A stretch of DNA of 64,000 nt from the human T2T-CHM13v2.0 reference genome, Homo sapiens. The notes under the pieces were generated by a model. That model was not told where the DNA came from. It did not search any database and saw only the letters and a list, made by a program, of their open reading frames with translations. The stretch lies in the NCBI RefSeq assembly GCF_009914755.1, contig NC_060934.1. One strand, 5' to 3'. This document shows, one piece after another, positions 12,946-30,905 of this stretch (positions are counted from its first letter, which is position 1; each line of letters begins with the position of its first letter). Made by a program: the position numbers and the translations under genes.

Positions 12946-14404
12946 CAGAGGTAGCTCTTCTAAGGCAGCCTTCTGGGACAGAAAGCCATATGGAAAAAGA
13001 TGGGGAGTAGATTTTGCAGGGACAGGTGAAAGGAAGTTATATAAAACAAAGCCTAAATAAGCACTTTACTGTAATATTTTAAAAGTTTATCTTATAAGAA
13101 ATATATAGTATAGTATAATTGCAGCTTGTTTTTTCTTCTTTAGTTGTATATAAAATAATGTGCATTTTTGAATGGATTCTTTGAGTCTTAGATTCTATGA
13201 TTTATGATAAGGAAAGAGAATCAGAAGAATCACATGGTGGAGAGGGCCTGATGCATCTCTTTCCATGATCGTGTGGAATTGCCACGGGGACCAGACAGGT
13301 TGGGGTCTTTGGGATTGAGTTTCTGCTCCCTAGGTGGAATATTGTGAATATGTATCTGAGAAAAACATGGTTTTCTAGGCTTCCATTGCTAATTAATCTC
13401 TTTTATGACAGACATTTTGTCTTTTAAATTTATGAATGCATAGATGGATAGGTGAATGAATAACTATTGATGGCCTAGAAACCACTGTGCCTTTTTCAAG
13501 GGCCTTTGCCTATCCACTCTTGTGGGATGATTTTGTCCCTTAATATTTATAGGGCAGGTTTACCTTTTTTATCTCCGAGCCTCTTTCACCCTTGGGGAGG
13601 AAGGATCATCTCACTGTCACCCTTGTACTCTTTGCCCTGTGTGCTTAAAGACTTAGTGAAGAAATGGAACTGATCTGTGCATCCCAGTATCTTCAGACAC
13701 TCTTCCACATTTGTCTGGCCAGCATTTCTACAGTTATGGCTCAAGAGGAAGGTTAGTGTCATCTGCAAACTGCAAGCACCTGGGTTTATATTTCCAAAAG
13801 AAATGTCAGCCTGAAAGCTATTCTTCACTTCAAGGGGATTAGAGCTTCAGCTGATATTGGACTCTCTTATTTGTTTCTATAAATTTTTAACAGCCTGAAA
13901 TGGCATTAAACTCTGTGGAGAGCACCATATAATGCCACTAATCCTGTTGATCTTAACATTGCTTTACAGAGGTGAGAAGAACAATAAATCCTTTTATGTG
14001 TAAATCAGGAGAGATGTTAGCCATTTCTCTGCAAGGACATATCTTATTACTAGAGTTGGCTGAAACAAATCAGAGCTCAAGTATTAAATTTGAGATGCTC
14101 CATTTTTCTTCTCCCTGATAGTCCATTGATTCTCACCCTCCTCTGATTGTCCCATCTTCAAATAGTTGTATGTTTCCATCTGTGTGTCTGCCTGTCTGCC
14201 TGTCTGTCTGTTCTACCTCTCTCAATTTGCTAAACCTCAGGTTTTGGCCATCCTGCTATTTTAGGATATATTCCTGAAGAGTATTGTGACAGATATTTTT
14301 AGGGAACAGTGTAAGACTTGATTCTTGGTTTCTAAGAGCTTGCAGTCTCCTAGAAGGAATAAACCAAGTGGACATATAACAGAAACTTAAGGCTGTATTT
14401 AATA

Positions 14405-14625
14405 GACTATTGGTAAGGGTGAGTGAGGGCTTAGTGGCTGTGCTTGAATTCTGTGCTTGTCTCTCCCACTGACTACCTGTACAACCCCAGGCAAGTCCTT
14501 TGATCTCTCTGAACCTCGGTTCTTCATTTGCAATACAAATTAATTACATAGGGTTTTTGCGATGATTAAATGAAGCATAGACTATTTAGTACAATGCTAT
14601 TTATTGCTATAATTAGTATTATAAT
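14405..14625 (+). mobile_element. MIR
   Basis: 'ggcaagtcctttgatctctctgaacctcggttcttcatttgcaatac...gatgattaaatga'. Confidence 0.7.
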
Positions 14626-16929
14626 TTGTGTTCAACGAGATGTATAAGCAATGACCAAAGTGGTCCTTATAATCTTTGTTAATGGTGGATTTGCTCCACT
14701 GCCAATAATAAAATGCATTAGGTTTGGGTTTTTATGCATGTACATTAGGATAGACTGCTTTCAGAAATAAAGCTAACCAAAGGCTCCTCAGCACTCACCA
14801 GCATTATACATATGGTAAAGTCATTTATTTTACACGAGTGATATGGCCATGATTAAAAAGAGATACTCCTGAAACTTCTTTCCTGTGGTAGAATATGTTG
14901 CAGTAAAACACCTGCACTGTTTCAAATAATTCCTATTCAAGTGTGTTGCCTTTCCAGAGCCGCAATTTATCCAGACCAAAGATAGTCATGGTCACTGCCC
15001 TGCATATGTCATCATGTTTGCTGTGTTTGGTCCCAAATACACCAAACTCACTCAGCTGTTTGCAGGTTTGGCCAGTATCTGTGCTTAATGTCTTCCCAAT
15101 TTCTATTATAGAGGGTGATACCTACCACTTCCCCCTCTTGCTGCCCCTTCTCATTCCAGCAGAAACACCCATGACTCACTTGAGTTATGGAGGAAAAGGA
15201 ATCACAGTCTTTAGAATTTAGGGTACCAGAAGAGGCCAATCTGCTTTAGGACTTTGGCAATCTGGAGTTCCCAGTGGAACAGGAGAGCAAAGGAGATAAG
15301 TGAAAGAGGCCTATAATCAGAACATCAAAGTGTCTTGTAGCCCAAGTTCTGATTTACTTCTTATGCTAGATGAATCACTGAGACTTCTGTGGCCTCAATC
15401 CACCCATCTGTATAGTAGATGTATTGCACTGTAAGGTTATTTTATTCACCACCTCACCCATTTAATATTATAAAGAGCCTACTCTGTATTATGCATTGTG
15501 TAGAATATGAGACACAGTTACACACACACCACACATATCATTGCTCAGAATGTGTTGAGAGCCACAAAAAGATAAAAAAAAAACGTGAGGGGCTGCAGTT
15601 GTTCTGCTGTGTTTCTTTAAGCTACTTCTTAGTTCTAGGCATTAGGGCCAAATCTGTGATTTGTCTCCTCAAGTTCATCCACATCTCATGGATCATCACT
15701 ACGTTTCTGGGACTCTGTTGTCTCCTATAAAAAATGAGAGAAATTAATTGAATAGCTATTTCAAAGGATTTTTTTTTCAAGAGGGCAGATGGAGAAAGGT
15801 GAGGAAGATTAAGGGAGAAAATCCATCTGGATGAATCATTCTGTGGTCACATATCCATATCTTATTTGTCTCCTAAACTCATTGTGAGTTGGGCAATGAA
15901 GATATTCTTGTTCCTTTTTGAACTAGAAGAAAATGAAGACTCAGAGGCTGAATCATGTTCTGAAGGATAAATCAAGGTCCGGATGCTCAGTACAGTACTA
16001 TCAGTACGATGCACAAAGGAATCTATGTTAATTCCTTAAACGCAAAACTCACCTTTGCCATGATTTTAACCTTCTTTACCAAATAAGCTTTGTCAGAATT
16101 AGCTAGTCACAAGCATTTTCTTCTCCTAACTTATAATGCATGTAGTAGAGAAGATAATGTATCGTGCTATCAGTTTTTTGGTGAAAAATTTTCATCCAAG
16201 TTGAGGTTGGAGTGCTTAGAATTAGCTCAACCAGAGGATGTTTCTTCTGCCAATAGGTGGCAGAGTGAGTAAGCTTGTCTGAGAATGAAAATGAAATCTG
16301 AAAGAAGGGCACTTGGATTGGGATCTCCTGTTGAATCAACCTACAATGATGATGTACCTACAGTGCAAAGCCCACCACAAAGCATGGAAGACTTGAAAAA
16401 GACACCATCTCTTTATCTTTTGCAGTTCGCATTTAGCAGATCCATAAAAGGCTTTTTCTTTTTATAACAAGAAACATTATGCAAATGGTTAGTAGAGCAA
16501 AAGAAACATAAAGAGCGAAATACAACTATGTTAAGTAAACTATACATTTCTTATCTCTTCTTGATATAATGCATTCCTTAGTCCTAACTCTAATATTGAG
16601 GAAACCAAACTGTGCTTATAAGGAACCACAAAGAAATCAAAAACAATAAAACCCCAAAACTCTGACTTAGACTCAGGGGCCCCAGCCTTCTCTAAAGGAA
16701 TAAAGTGCCCTCTTCTTTTCCTGACTATCCACTGATACTGATAAATGCTAAAGAGTTTTCTCTGGAACAAGTTGTCTTTCTTCTATTCCTTGAATAACCA
16801 AAGGAAATTCAATTAAAACTATTTATAATTTTATATAAAGAAGAAATAACTTGTGAAATATATTTTTTACTTGTCTATTTGCCTACTGAATTATTAAAAG
16901 GAAAGAAATGGAAGATGAAAATACTGGTG

Positions 16930-17200
16930 AACTCTTATTCATCCTCCAAACCCAGCAAAATTGGGGTCTCCCTAGGGAAGATTCTTCTATCTCTTTGTTT
17001 ATCCTTTCTTCTGGGCTTCTAAAGCACAGTGTACCTTTTGACATCACATACATTTATCAGGCTCTTTTAATAACTTTTAAAAAATCTTTATATTTTTCTC
17101 AACTGAGATCTTGGATGTCATGAAGATGTAATTAGTTATCTTGATTCTCAGTGCCAAATGCAGGAATCATATATTAAGTATTTATGAATAAATGATGTAC
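16930..17200 (+). mobile_element. L2 3' fragment
   Basis: 'ctcttattcatcctccaaacccagc' ... 'taagtatttatgaataaatga'. Confidence 0.55.
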
Positions 17201-18971
17201 AAATAGACAAATGGTTAAAAAGGAAGGATTGAGTAGTTTGTAAACTGCATCTTCATTTTTGGATGAATATGAAAGCAACTATGCAGAAATTATGAAATGA
17301 CAGACAGCTTGGCGGCATCAGTTTTGTGACACATCAGCCATCACATATTTTAGAGCCATATCTGAGTTCATATCTGACCCTGCCACATTCTAGAAAATAA
17401 TTGAACACCTTTGAGTTTGTTTACTCATAAAATGGGAAAAAATAGTCCTTTACAGAACTGTTACTAGCTTAAATTGCTAATAAAAAGCTTTATACAATGT
17501 GAATATACATAAGGTATGATGACTATTACTGTTATCTCTGTGACAAACCACTTTCTCTTTTAAGTGGTATTGAATATCTTTACCAAATTGCAGCCAAATT
17601 GGCAAACAAATCAAAAGTAGTTTTTGTTTGTAGTTGTGAGAAACAAAACAAGTTTTTTGTTTGTTCTCTTTTTTGTTCTTTTTTTTTTGATATCACCTTG
17701 GTTTTGCTACCAAAGAAGTAAAGACAATTTTGCAGATGAAAAATTGCTGATTCATTGAAGAAAAAAAATGGTTTGCATTTGTTATTTATTTTTATGATTT
17801 ACTTTAATGGACAGTTTGTAAATGAAAAGGGCTTATTTTATTTTATTCTTATACTAAATTTTAGAAGGTATTTTTATAAAGACCCTGAATTGTGTTACCT
17901 CTCTGATAGGTCTTAGATACTTTTTTCCTCTGGAAGATTTATAAATTAATAATTTGATAGGCTATAATTTAAAGTATGACTTTAAGTTCAAATTGGGGCC
18001 TGTGAAATTTTGAGAGTGGAGAATCCATTTGGGTAAAGAGAAAACACTCAAAATACATTTGTGATTTGTAAAGTTGTTTACAGAATGATTCAAAAACTGC
18101 GTCTGGGTACTCAGAGATCCAAGTCTAAGTTAAATTGTCTGTGATACCCACGGCTGTGCTGTCTCCTTCTTTCAGTTCACTCCGGGGTCAGGTTAGCTGC
18201 ATCCTTAGCCTTTGGCATGGAATGTGCTTTGATGAACAAATGTCTCATCAAACAGCCAAAATGGTAGAACTTGCGTACTTTGAGGTCAGACACCATGTCT
18301 TAACCATAATTAAAAGATCATGAAACAATAAAAAGTAGGTGACAAGATCACCTGCTGGATTCACCTCAATTCTTTAAAGTTACTTCTTTGAGGGCATGCA
18401 GCTTGCAAAGCCCATGCTTTAAAAATGCACTGTGATTTTCTCATCCCCCACCCCCTGTCTTAGCTGTATCCAAAGAAAATTTTTATCCTTATTTTTGTCT
18501 GTGGAGTGAGATTTTCTTTTCAAGTGCTTGGGAGCTTTCCATGGTGTCCTGTGGATGCTTCGAAATGAAGCCCTCTCTTTTTAAATCCTTTCCTTTTCTT
18601 AGACAGAATTGCCTCTTATAATGTCTTCTTTTTTACTCTCAAAAAAAAAAATCAAAAGAAAGGAAGAAAAAGAAGCAGAAGGAATCCAGTTGGAGACTGC
18701 AGCCCAGGTATTACAGAGGACAACTGCTGTAATTGGTTGTTAAAAATGGCACTGCAGTCATTTTCTCCACTGATGGAAAATCGACTTTTCCTCTTAACGT
18801 TTTCTTCTGTGGCTAGGGAAATTAACAATTTAATTGATTTTAATGAAATGACCATTTAAACATGCTCAAGTACTAGCTTTAAAGAGAAACAAAAGCATTT
18901 TGAAGCATCTCTTCCTTAAACCAAATTCTTATGTAATTTGAATGGTGCAGTGTGTGAATGTTGATATTTAA

Positions 18972-19406
<435 letters not shown>

Positions 19407-19699
19407 TAAACTGTGTTAAATCATTGAAAACTGATTGGGGGAAATCTGAAAAGGATTGTATGATAGCCATATGTAACTAGTCAGGGAAAAGAAAGGTTTC
19501 TAGGGAAATGAACGTTATTCTCAACCATATTCTTGGACCATCCAAGAATCCTTCAGTGGTTATTGGAATGTGTGGCAATATGAGTGACATAAATTAAGAG
19601 AAAAATGTTTCCATCAGTACAAATAACCACACTATGGGTACGAGCAGTCTCACACTTTGCAGATACCAAATTTCTGTAGGGAAATTTGGAACTGTTTTG

Positions 19700-20135
19700 A
19701 CAAACTTAAAAAAGTTCCTATTCCTTGTCTCCTCAATTACATTCTAAAAATCTATCATAATAAAATTTAGGATGTGTACAAAGATTAACCTACAAGCATG
19801 TTCATTGTGGAAGTGTTTATTATTGAGATAAAGTGGAAAGAAATCCAGAAATCCAACAATAAGGTTAAATAAATCATAAATAATGTCTATGGTGCTATGT
19901 CATTAGGCTTGAAATTGCTGTCAAGTTAATGAAAACAGGTTATAAAATTATATAGAGTAGAATTCCTTCTCCCTTATTTTTACAATTAATGCATATGAAA
20001 ACATCTAGACAGTACACTTTAAAAGGTTACTAATGGTTATCTAATTGGTTTTGGGATTATAGGTGCTCCCTTTTTATTGCTTTCTTCTTGATATTCTCTA
20101 CTTTTTCTACAATGAACATGTGCTTATATAATAAA
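19700..20135 (+). mobile_element. Ancient L1ME-like 3' fragment
   Basis: 'gtgtacaaagattaacctacaagcatgttcattgtgg' ... 'ttttctacaatgaacatgtg'. Confidence 0.55.
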
Positions 20136-21243
20136 ATTGCCCATTTGTCCACATATTATCATGTTGGGATAGCTCAGAGCCTCCCAGCCTTCCTGGGCAT
20201 CACCAGAATCTTTGTTTTAGTAGGAATTAGTTTTCTTCAGAATATAAAGATTTTGTAGTTTTCAATATCTTAACACTTTCTGATTTTATAACATCTTACG
20301 TCTTAAAAACACATACTTCCTCAAAGTGCTATATGGTATGTGTTAATTTTTTAATTAAACTTTTTTAAAATTAAAAATGTATTTGAGTATCTTTTGTGAT
20401 AGCTACTTAGATAATGGGGGAAATCCACAACTTAGAATTATTTCTTCTGAAATATTGTTTTATGATCTACTTCATAGATATGAATCACTTTGGTATGGAC
20501 ACTGGGTAGTGACTGTTAAAATTCTTTTCAGTAGGTTGGAACTGAGGAGCAAGTCAGAGTCAGAAAAGAAAATCTAGGGAACTCCAGTAAGAAAATAGCT
20601 CTCCCATCTTCTTCATCCCTGTACTAGCATCCTAAAGAACTCCAAAACATCCTTAATTTCTGTGAATGAGGCCAGTGGACTCTCCCTGCTTCCATTATGC
20701 ATGCAATCCAATCATAATGATCTGGATCAAAGATTAAACAGCCATATGCTTCCGGCTATAATGGAAAACAAGTCGTATCATCCAACTTTCAGGTGTACCA
20801 ATTTTACAATTTTCCAAAGAAATTTTCCAAAAGAAATTCTCACCCATTTGTATGCCTGATGTCCTGATTTTCGTGTCCAAGTTTCCTACTGTCATTGTGC
20901 CCTAATGCTTACCAACTTAACTACATCAGGGCTTACACCCTTGTTACTAAACCTTCTTTGCCATTTTGCTCAGAGGGGAGCAAACCTGGAATTAAGGTGA
21001 TTAAAGTCTGGAGAAACAATTTCTTTTTTTTTATTATTATTATACTTTAAGTTTTAGGGTACATGTGCACATTGTGCAGGTTAGTTACATATGTATACAT
21101 GTGCCATGCTGGTGTGCTGCACCCACTAACTCGTCATTTAGCATTAGGTATATCTCCCAATGCTATCCCTCCCCACTCCCACCACCCCACAACAGTCCCC
21201 AGAGTGTGATGTTCCCCTTCCTGTGTCCATGTGATCTCATTGT

Positions 21244-25075
<3,832 letters not shown>

Positions 25076-25131
25076 TTAGCTGGTTATTTTGCTCGTTAGT
25101 TGATGCAGTTTCTTCCTAGTATCAATGGTCT

Positions 25132-26148
25132 TTACATTTTGGCATGATTTTGCAGCGGCTGGTACCAGTTGTTCCTTTCCATGTTTAGTGCTTCCTTCAG
25201 GAGTTCTTTTAGGGCAGGCCTGGTGGTGACAAAATCTCTCAGCATTTGCTTGTCTGTAAAGTATTTTATTTCTCCTTCACTTATGAAGCTTAGTTTGGCT
25301 GGATATGAAATTCTGGATTGAAAATTCTTTTCTTTAAAAATGTTGAATATTGGCCCCCACTCTCTTCTGGCTTGTAGCATTTCTGCCGAGAGATCCACTG
25401 TTAGTCTGATGGGCTTCCCTTTGAGGGTAACCCGACCTTTCTCTCTGGCTGTCCTTAACATTTTTTCCTTCATTTCAACTTTGGTGAATCTGACAATTAT
25501 GTGTCTTGTAGTTGCTCTTCTCGAGGAGTATCTTTGTGGCGTTCTCTGTATTTCCTGAATCTGAACGTTGGCCTGCCTTGCTAGATTGGGGAAGTTCTCC
25601 TGGATAATATCCTGCAGAGTGTTTTCCAACTTGGTTCAATTCTCCCCCTCACTTTCAGGTACACCAATCAGACGTAGATTTGGTCTTTTCACATAGTCCC
25701 ATATTTCTTGGAGGCTTTGCTCATTTCTTTTTATTCTTCTTTCTCTAAACTTCCCTTCTTGCTTCATTTCATTCATTTCATCTTCCATTGCTGATACCCT
25801 TTCTTCCAGTTGATCGCATCAGCTCCTGAGGCTTCTGCATTCTTCACGTAGTTCTCGAGCCTTGGTTTTCAGCTCCATCAGCTCCTTTAAGCACTTCTCT
25901 GTATTGGTTATTCTAGTTATACATTCTTCTAAATTTTTTTCAAAGTTTTCAACTTCTTTGCCTTTGGTTTGAATGTCCTCCCGTAGCTCGGTGTAATTTG
26001 ATCTTCTGAAGCCTTCTTCTCTCAGCTCGTCAAAGTCATTCTCCGTCCAGCTTTGTTCCGTTGCTGGTGAGGAACTGCGTTCCTTTGGAGGAGGAGAGGT
26101 GCTCTGCTTTTTAGAGTTTCCAGTTTTTCTGTTCTGTTTTTTCCCCAT
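25132..26148 (-). pseudogene. L1 ORF1, premature stop after 109 aa
   Basis: 'MGKKQNRKTGNSK...CRSLRS*' and a downstream fragment ending 'YPAKLSF...LQNHAKM'. Confidence 0.95.
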
Positions 26149-27055
26149 CTTTGTGGTTTTATCTACTTTTGGTCTTTGATGATGGTGATGTACAGATGGG
26201 TTTTTGGTGTGGATGTCCTTTCTGTTTGTTAGTTTTCCTTCTAACAGACAGGACCATCAGCTGCAGGTCTGTTGGAGTACCCTGCAGTGTGAGGTGTCAG
26301 TGTGCCCCTGCTTGGGGGTGCCTCCCAGTTAGGCTACTCGGGGGTCAGGGGTCAGGGACCCACTTGAGGAGGCAGTCTGCCCGTTCTCAGATCTCCAGCT
26401 GCGTACTGGGAGAACCACTGCTCTCTTCAAAGCTGTCAGACAGGGACATTTAAGTCTGCAGAGGTTACTGCTGTCTTTTTGTTTGTCTGTGCCCTGCCCC
26501 CAGAGGTGGAGCCTACAGAGGCAGGCAGGCCTCCTTGAGCTGTGGTGGGCTCCACCCAGTTCGAGCTTCCAGGCTGCTTTGTTTACCTAAGCAAGCCTGG
26601 GCAATGGTGGGCGCCCCTCCCCGAGCCTCACTGCCGCCTTGCAGTTTGATCTCAGACTGCTGTGCTAGCAATCAGCGAGACTCCGCGGCCATAGGACCCT
26701 CTGAGACAGGTGCAGGATATAATCTCGTGGTGCGCCGTTTTTTAAGCCCGTCGGAAAAGCGCAGTATTCGGGTGGGAGTGACCCGATTTTCCAGGTGCCA
26801 TCCGTCACCCCTTTCTTTGACTAGGAAAGGGAACTCCCTGACCCCTTGCGCTTCCCGAGTGAGGCAGTGCCTCACCCTGCTTTGCTCGCGCATGGTGCGT
26901 GCAGCCACTGACCTGCGCCCACTGTCTGGCACTCCCTAGTGAGATGATCCCGGTACCTCAGATGGAAATGCAGAAATCACCCGTCTTCTGCGTTGCTCAC
27001 GCTGGGAGCTGTAGACCAGAGCTGTTCCTATTCGGCCATCTTGGCTCCTCCCCTC
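26149..27055 (-). promoter_or_regulatory. L1 5' UTR: internal sense promoter (-) and antisense promoter (+)
   Basis: CpG-rich; YY1 site CAAGATGGCCG intact (27033-27043 on the - strand). Confidence 0.85.
26604..26939 (+). CDS. ORF0: L1 ORF0 (antisense), open for 111 aa; expression unknown
   Basis: 'MVGAPPRASLPPCSLISDCCASNQRDS...RVGVTRFSRC' matches primate ORF0; Kozak context gcaATGG. Confidence 0.6.
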   Translation: MVGAPPRASLPPCSLISDCCASNQRDSAAIGPSETGAGYNLVVRRFLSPSEKRSIRVGVTRFSRCHPSPLSLTRKGNSLTPCASRVRQCLTLLCSRMVRAATDLRPLSGTP

Positions 27056-27349
27056 CTGGAGAAACAATTTCTATAGTGATTGGGTTAAGGCACCTTGCTT
27101 TTGTGTGAATTAAATTAGTAATTTATTTGTTGGGCCTAGTTTGTCCAGACTGTTGGTATAGTTCATGCCAAATGAATAAATTCAAGATCTTCATTTTATC
27201 AGAATCATGTATAGTTTGTATTACACAACCATTTTATTAATTTACTATTTGAATAGAAATATATTCACCTTAGGAGGCCCCAGAGAGTGAGTGCCTCCAA
27301 AATTCCCAATGCATTGCAGGTGAATTTCCCATGATAATTTCTGGACAAG

Positions 27350-27600
27350 ACTAGCCCTCCCAAATCCCATCTCCCCACCCAGGAAAAGGTAGAGATTTCT
27401 TCTTTTGTGATACCACATTACATTGTAAAATCTTTATTGTTGCACTCGTGATAGTATATGCTGGCTATTTATTTGGTCTATTTTCTCTTAGTAGACTTTG
27501 AGCTCCCTGAAGTTCAGTACTCTGACTTATTCATCTTTCCATATCCAATATCTGCCATAAAATACCAATCAATGGATTAAACACATGGAATGAATGAGGA
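27350..27600 (+). mobile_element. L2 3' end
   Basis: 'tagactttgagctccctgaag...cttattcatctttcc...ggaatgaatga'. Confidence 0.65.
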
Positions 27601-29242
27601 GATAACTAAGAATTCGATATTCTCCTTTTGAAGAAATGCTACAGGAGGAGATGTTCATTTACTGTCAAGAATAACCTTATGTCTTGACTAGTAGCAATAA
27701 AAAGCAAGAAAGGAAAGTAATGATATTTTATAGTGCCCATTTAATGATATTTAATGTTAGGAGAAAAGAAGGAATTTTCATTCTTTACTGTGTAAGTCAA
27801 TTTCATAAAGTAGAGACTTTCCAGTTCTTTGACTACTAGGGCATTTCATGCATATGCAGTTACTGCTCAATCTCACCAGATAGCTTTTTTTTTTTTCAAT
27901 AAAAGTGCAGCTAACTTCTGCAAAACGGTGATATCATTCTGCCACTTAGAAATCTTGCACTGTATCAGAGGTGCTGTAGCAAACACCAGCCAGCACATTG
28001 AAGCTTGTCTGGAGAAATGAGAAGTCTGTACAGCAGCAGATTTCCTTTCAAAATTGTAGTGTAATTGAATAAGCTTTTACTTTCTCAGACACTAGATAAA
28101 ATATTGCTTGAATATATCATCACCCAGAAAAAAGTAGTCTTTCTGTGTTTTTTTTCCCTATTCTCTCCATATCTATTCATTTCTACAATCTATGACATTC
28201 TAGTCAGCAGACAGATTAAGGAGAAAAATGTCTTAAAATGTACCCTGGGTATCAGCATCTGTCCTCATCAGTCTCCATACCCCTTCAGGTTTCCTGAACT
28301 GAAGTGCCTTGTGAACCCCGCAATAAACTGTTTTGCAAATTCAAAAAAAAATAAAAAAAATAAAACAACAGAATGAAGGAACTCCTAGAAATAACCTGAA
28401 GTTGGTAAAACACATTGGGTTAAAATCTAGTCTTTAGCTCTAGGACTTAGAGGATATAAGCTAGAGGCTTCCTCATTCTTAGAGGTCAGTGTGGCAGCAG
28501 AAATAAAGTTGTTATAAACTAAGTGTCAAACAATGTGCTGGGTTACTTATGCATCCATTCTCTATCTTGGAGATGGAATGAGGAATTAGCTGAAGTGGGT
28601 TTATTGAAGGACTCACAGTCTAGTGGGGAAAAGAGACAGTATGGTAAATTATAAAGACACTCATTGGGGACTTTGGGTTCCAAAGGAAAAAACAGTATTC
28701 CTCCACGTCTTCTTTTGTAGTTACATTTGTTATGGGATTTTAGCACTTCTAACAAAATAGTTCTGGCTATTTCAGTCTCTTGGCCCTAGGAATACTAGAC
28801 CATTTTTTCCAGTATTCTGTGCCCTATATAGTTTCTCTCCTGAGATCAATGGCTATGTCCCTGACCTTTGACCCCAGCCTTCCTCTTGATCTTGAGGCAG
28901 GACCAATGTCTACTCTCAGACTACAGCTGACATGCTTAGGTTTTGAGACTTGTCATTTGGCTCACCTGGTAACACACTCCTGGGTTTTTCATTACAGGCT
29001 TCCTCTCTGTCTCTTCTTGGATCCAAACCACAGCAACTCAGTCACAAAATTCTGTCGGCAAGTTGCTGAATGCAGATGCCAGACCGAGACTTAGGTCTCT
29101 TGTTTCAAAAAGTCAGCAGACTTATTGTGGTATCGTGGACCCCAAGGGGACACCTAGCTCTCCCTCTCTGGCTGCCACTTTTCAAGGCAATTAGAGCAAA
29201 TTAGGTCTAGTGAAATGGAAATTTAATTTTTAAAAAATTTCT

Positions 29243-29560
29243 TAATTATTCAATGAGTAATTTACTCAGCATTTTCTGGATGCCAGGCACTGTGCTAGGA
29301 ATTGGAAATACAGAGATATTCTCATGTAATTGATAATCATTGGGAAGGCTGAGATGGAACCAAATAGTTACACCGCAAATGTTTTATGAGCTCAATAGAG
29401 ACCTTGAGGGGAAAAAGAAAGACCAGGAGAACAGAATAAACCCCCACAGAAGACAAAACATTCTACCTGGGTCTTAAAAGTCAAGTAGTTCCTCAAGGAA
29501 CAGGTAAAGAATCTTCAAAGGCATTGCAGTGGGAAAGAGTGGTGTGATTGGGCAATGACT
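29243..29560 (-). mobile_element. L2 fragment
   Basis: 'attcaatgagtaatttactcagcatt...tgccaggcactgtgctaggaattggaaatacag'. Confidence 0.65.
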
Positions 29561-30167
29561 TTAATGTAGGAAGTAGGAAACAAAGAAGGGTCGGGGGATC
29601 GACAGGTTCTGTCTGAGATGTACGTGAATTGCTCTCCTCCTGCCTGTGCATTTCCTGCTATGTTTCTCCTCTCCTTAGTGGAGAAGAATCTCCACTTTCT
29701 CTCTCTCTGCCAAGGCCAGAGTTTTAATAACTCACTACTCTCAAAAAGTTAAATTCAACTTGTTCTGGGGGAAAAAAAAATTTCATTTTTGACTCTCACC
29801 ATACATGCTAAATTTTATCAGATGGTCCCCAACTCATCTGAAAAAATTAATACCATTTTTTAAAAAGTGAAATTTACCCAGTATTTTACATTTAAGGAGT
29901 AGTTGAAAGATTTGGTGCTTCTGATTCATAGTTTTACTATCATACAAAATAAAGCCCCACAGCCAACATATAACTGCTCTAGTAATGTACTTCATACCCA
30001 CAAAATGGTCTCAGCAGCTTATAACCATCAGGGAGAGCCTCCGTGTTCTTAAAATGAAATGCTTAAATGATAAGTAAGAAGGCGACTCTTACTGCAAACA
30101 TCTGCACTTCTGGAGTTTCAATTTCTCAAGATGGAAGATTAACAATTTGGTAAGAAATGGACTGCAC

Positions 30168-30310
30168 CAGTAATTCTCAAGCCTGCATGTACATCCTAAT
30201 TACATATGGAATTTGTTAAAAAAAATAATAAAGGGCAGATGGAATTGGAAATTGAAGTTTAAAAAAATTCCACAGATGACTGTGGTGCATAGTCAGGTTT
30301 GCAAGTTTCA
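30168..30310. mobile_element. MER5-like hAT relic
   Basis: 'cagtaattctcaagcctg' ... 'ttccacagatgactgtggtgcatagtcaggtttg'. Confidence 0.5.
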
Positions 30311-30905
30311 GGATTCAATGACTTATTTGGATACATCCAGTCATAAGACTGTTAGGCAATTTTGTGGGTGAATAGTTAAATAATTCTACTTCATCAAGAT
30401 TGTGAATTGTATGTATATAAAAATAATTTTTTGGGAAAGGATTCCTAAGTGTTTTTATGAACTGTGAATGATTGTTTTGAAAACCATACCTTGAGCTGCT
30501 CATTTGAACTGTAACCATTCTTCTATTCTGGTATAACAGTGCATACAAGATTTAATCTGTTATTTCTTATTTTTTCCTTAATTGATAAATAAAAATTGTA
30601 CACACGGTGTGCAAAGTAATGTTCACATATATGTGTACATTATTAAACGATTGACTTAAGCTAGTTAACTATTTATGTTTTTCTCATTCTTATCTGTAAT
30701 ACCTCTGTTGCTTTTGGCCATTAATTCATAAATATCTTTCACTCCAGGCAAACCCGGGCAGGACTGTGCTGTTACTAGTGCAGAATTGTCTTCTCTTGGT
30801 GGGAGCAGGTTTCTTCAACCTGTAGAGCATGTGTAAGAATAGAAAAAACGTAGATTAACGTTCTGTTGTGACTTTTCACATGGTTGTTTAAAAAGCGTGA
30901 GGGCT

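Larger units (their letters stand above)
11010..13035 (-). mobile_element. ERVL LTR (LTR33-like), split into ~11010-11330 and ~12950-13035 by the Charlie element
   Basis: 'ggggaataaatagcccc...ctctccattggtcaaactcagctggaagcc', resuming after the Charlie as 'aggcagccttctgggacagaaagcc...ggagtagattttgcaggg'. Confidence 0.6.
10278..13207 (+). mobile_element. TcMar-Tc2 (Kanga/MER104-like) DNA transposon split by nested insertions
   Basis: Degenerate 23-bp TIRs (10278-10300 / 13185-13207, 15/23 matches), each flanked by TA; transposase C-terminal-like 'ATWEKISETNVDHSFKTC' in ORF 10447. Confidence 0.7.
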
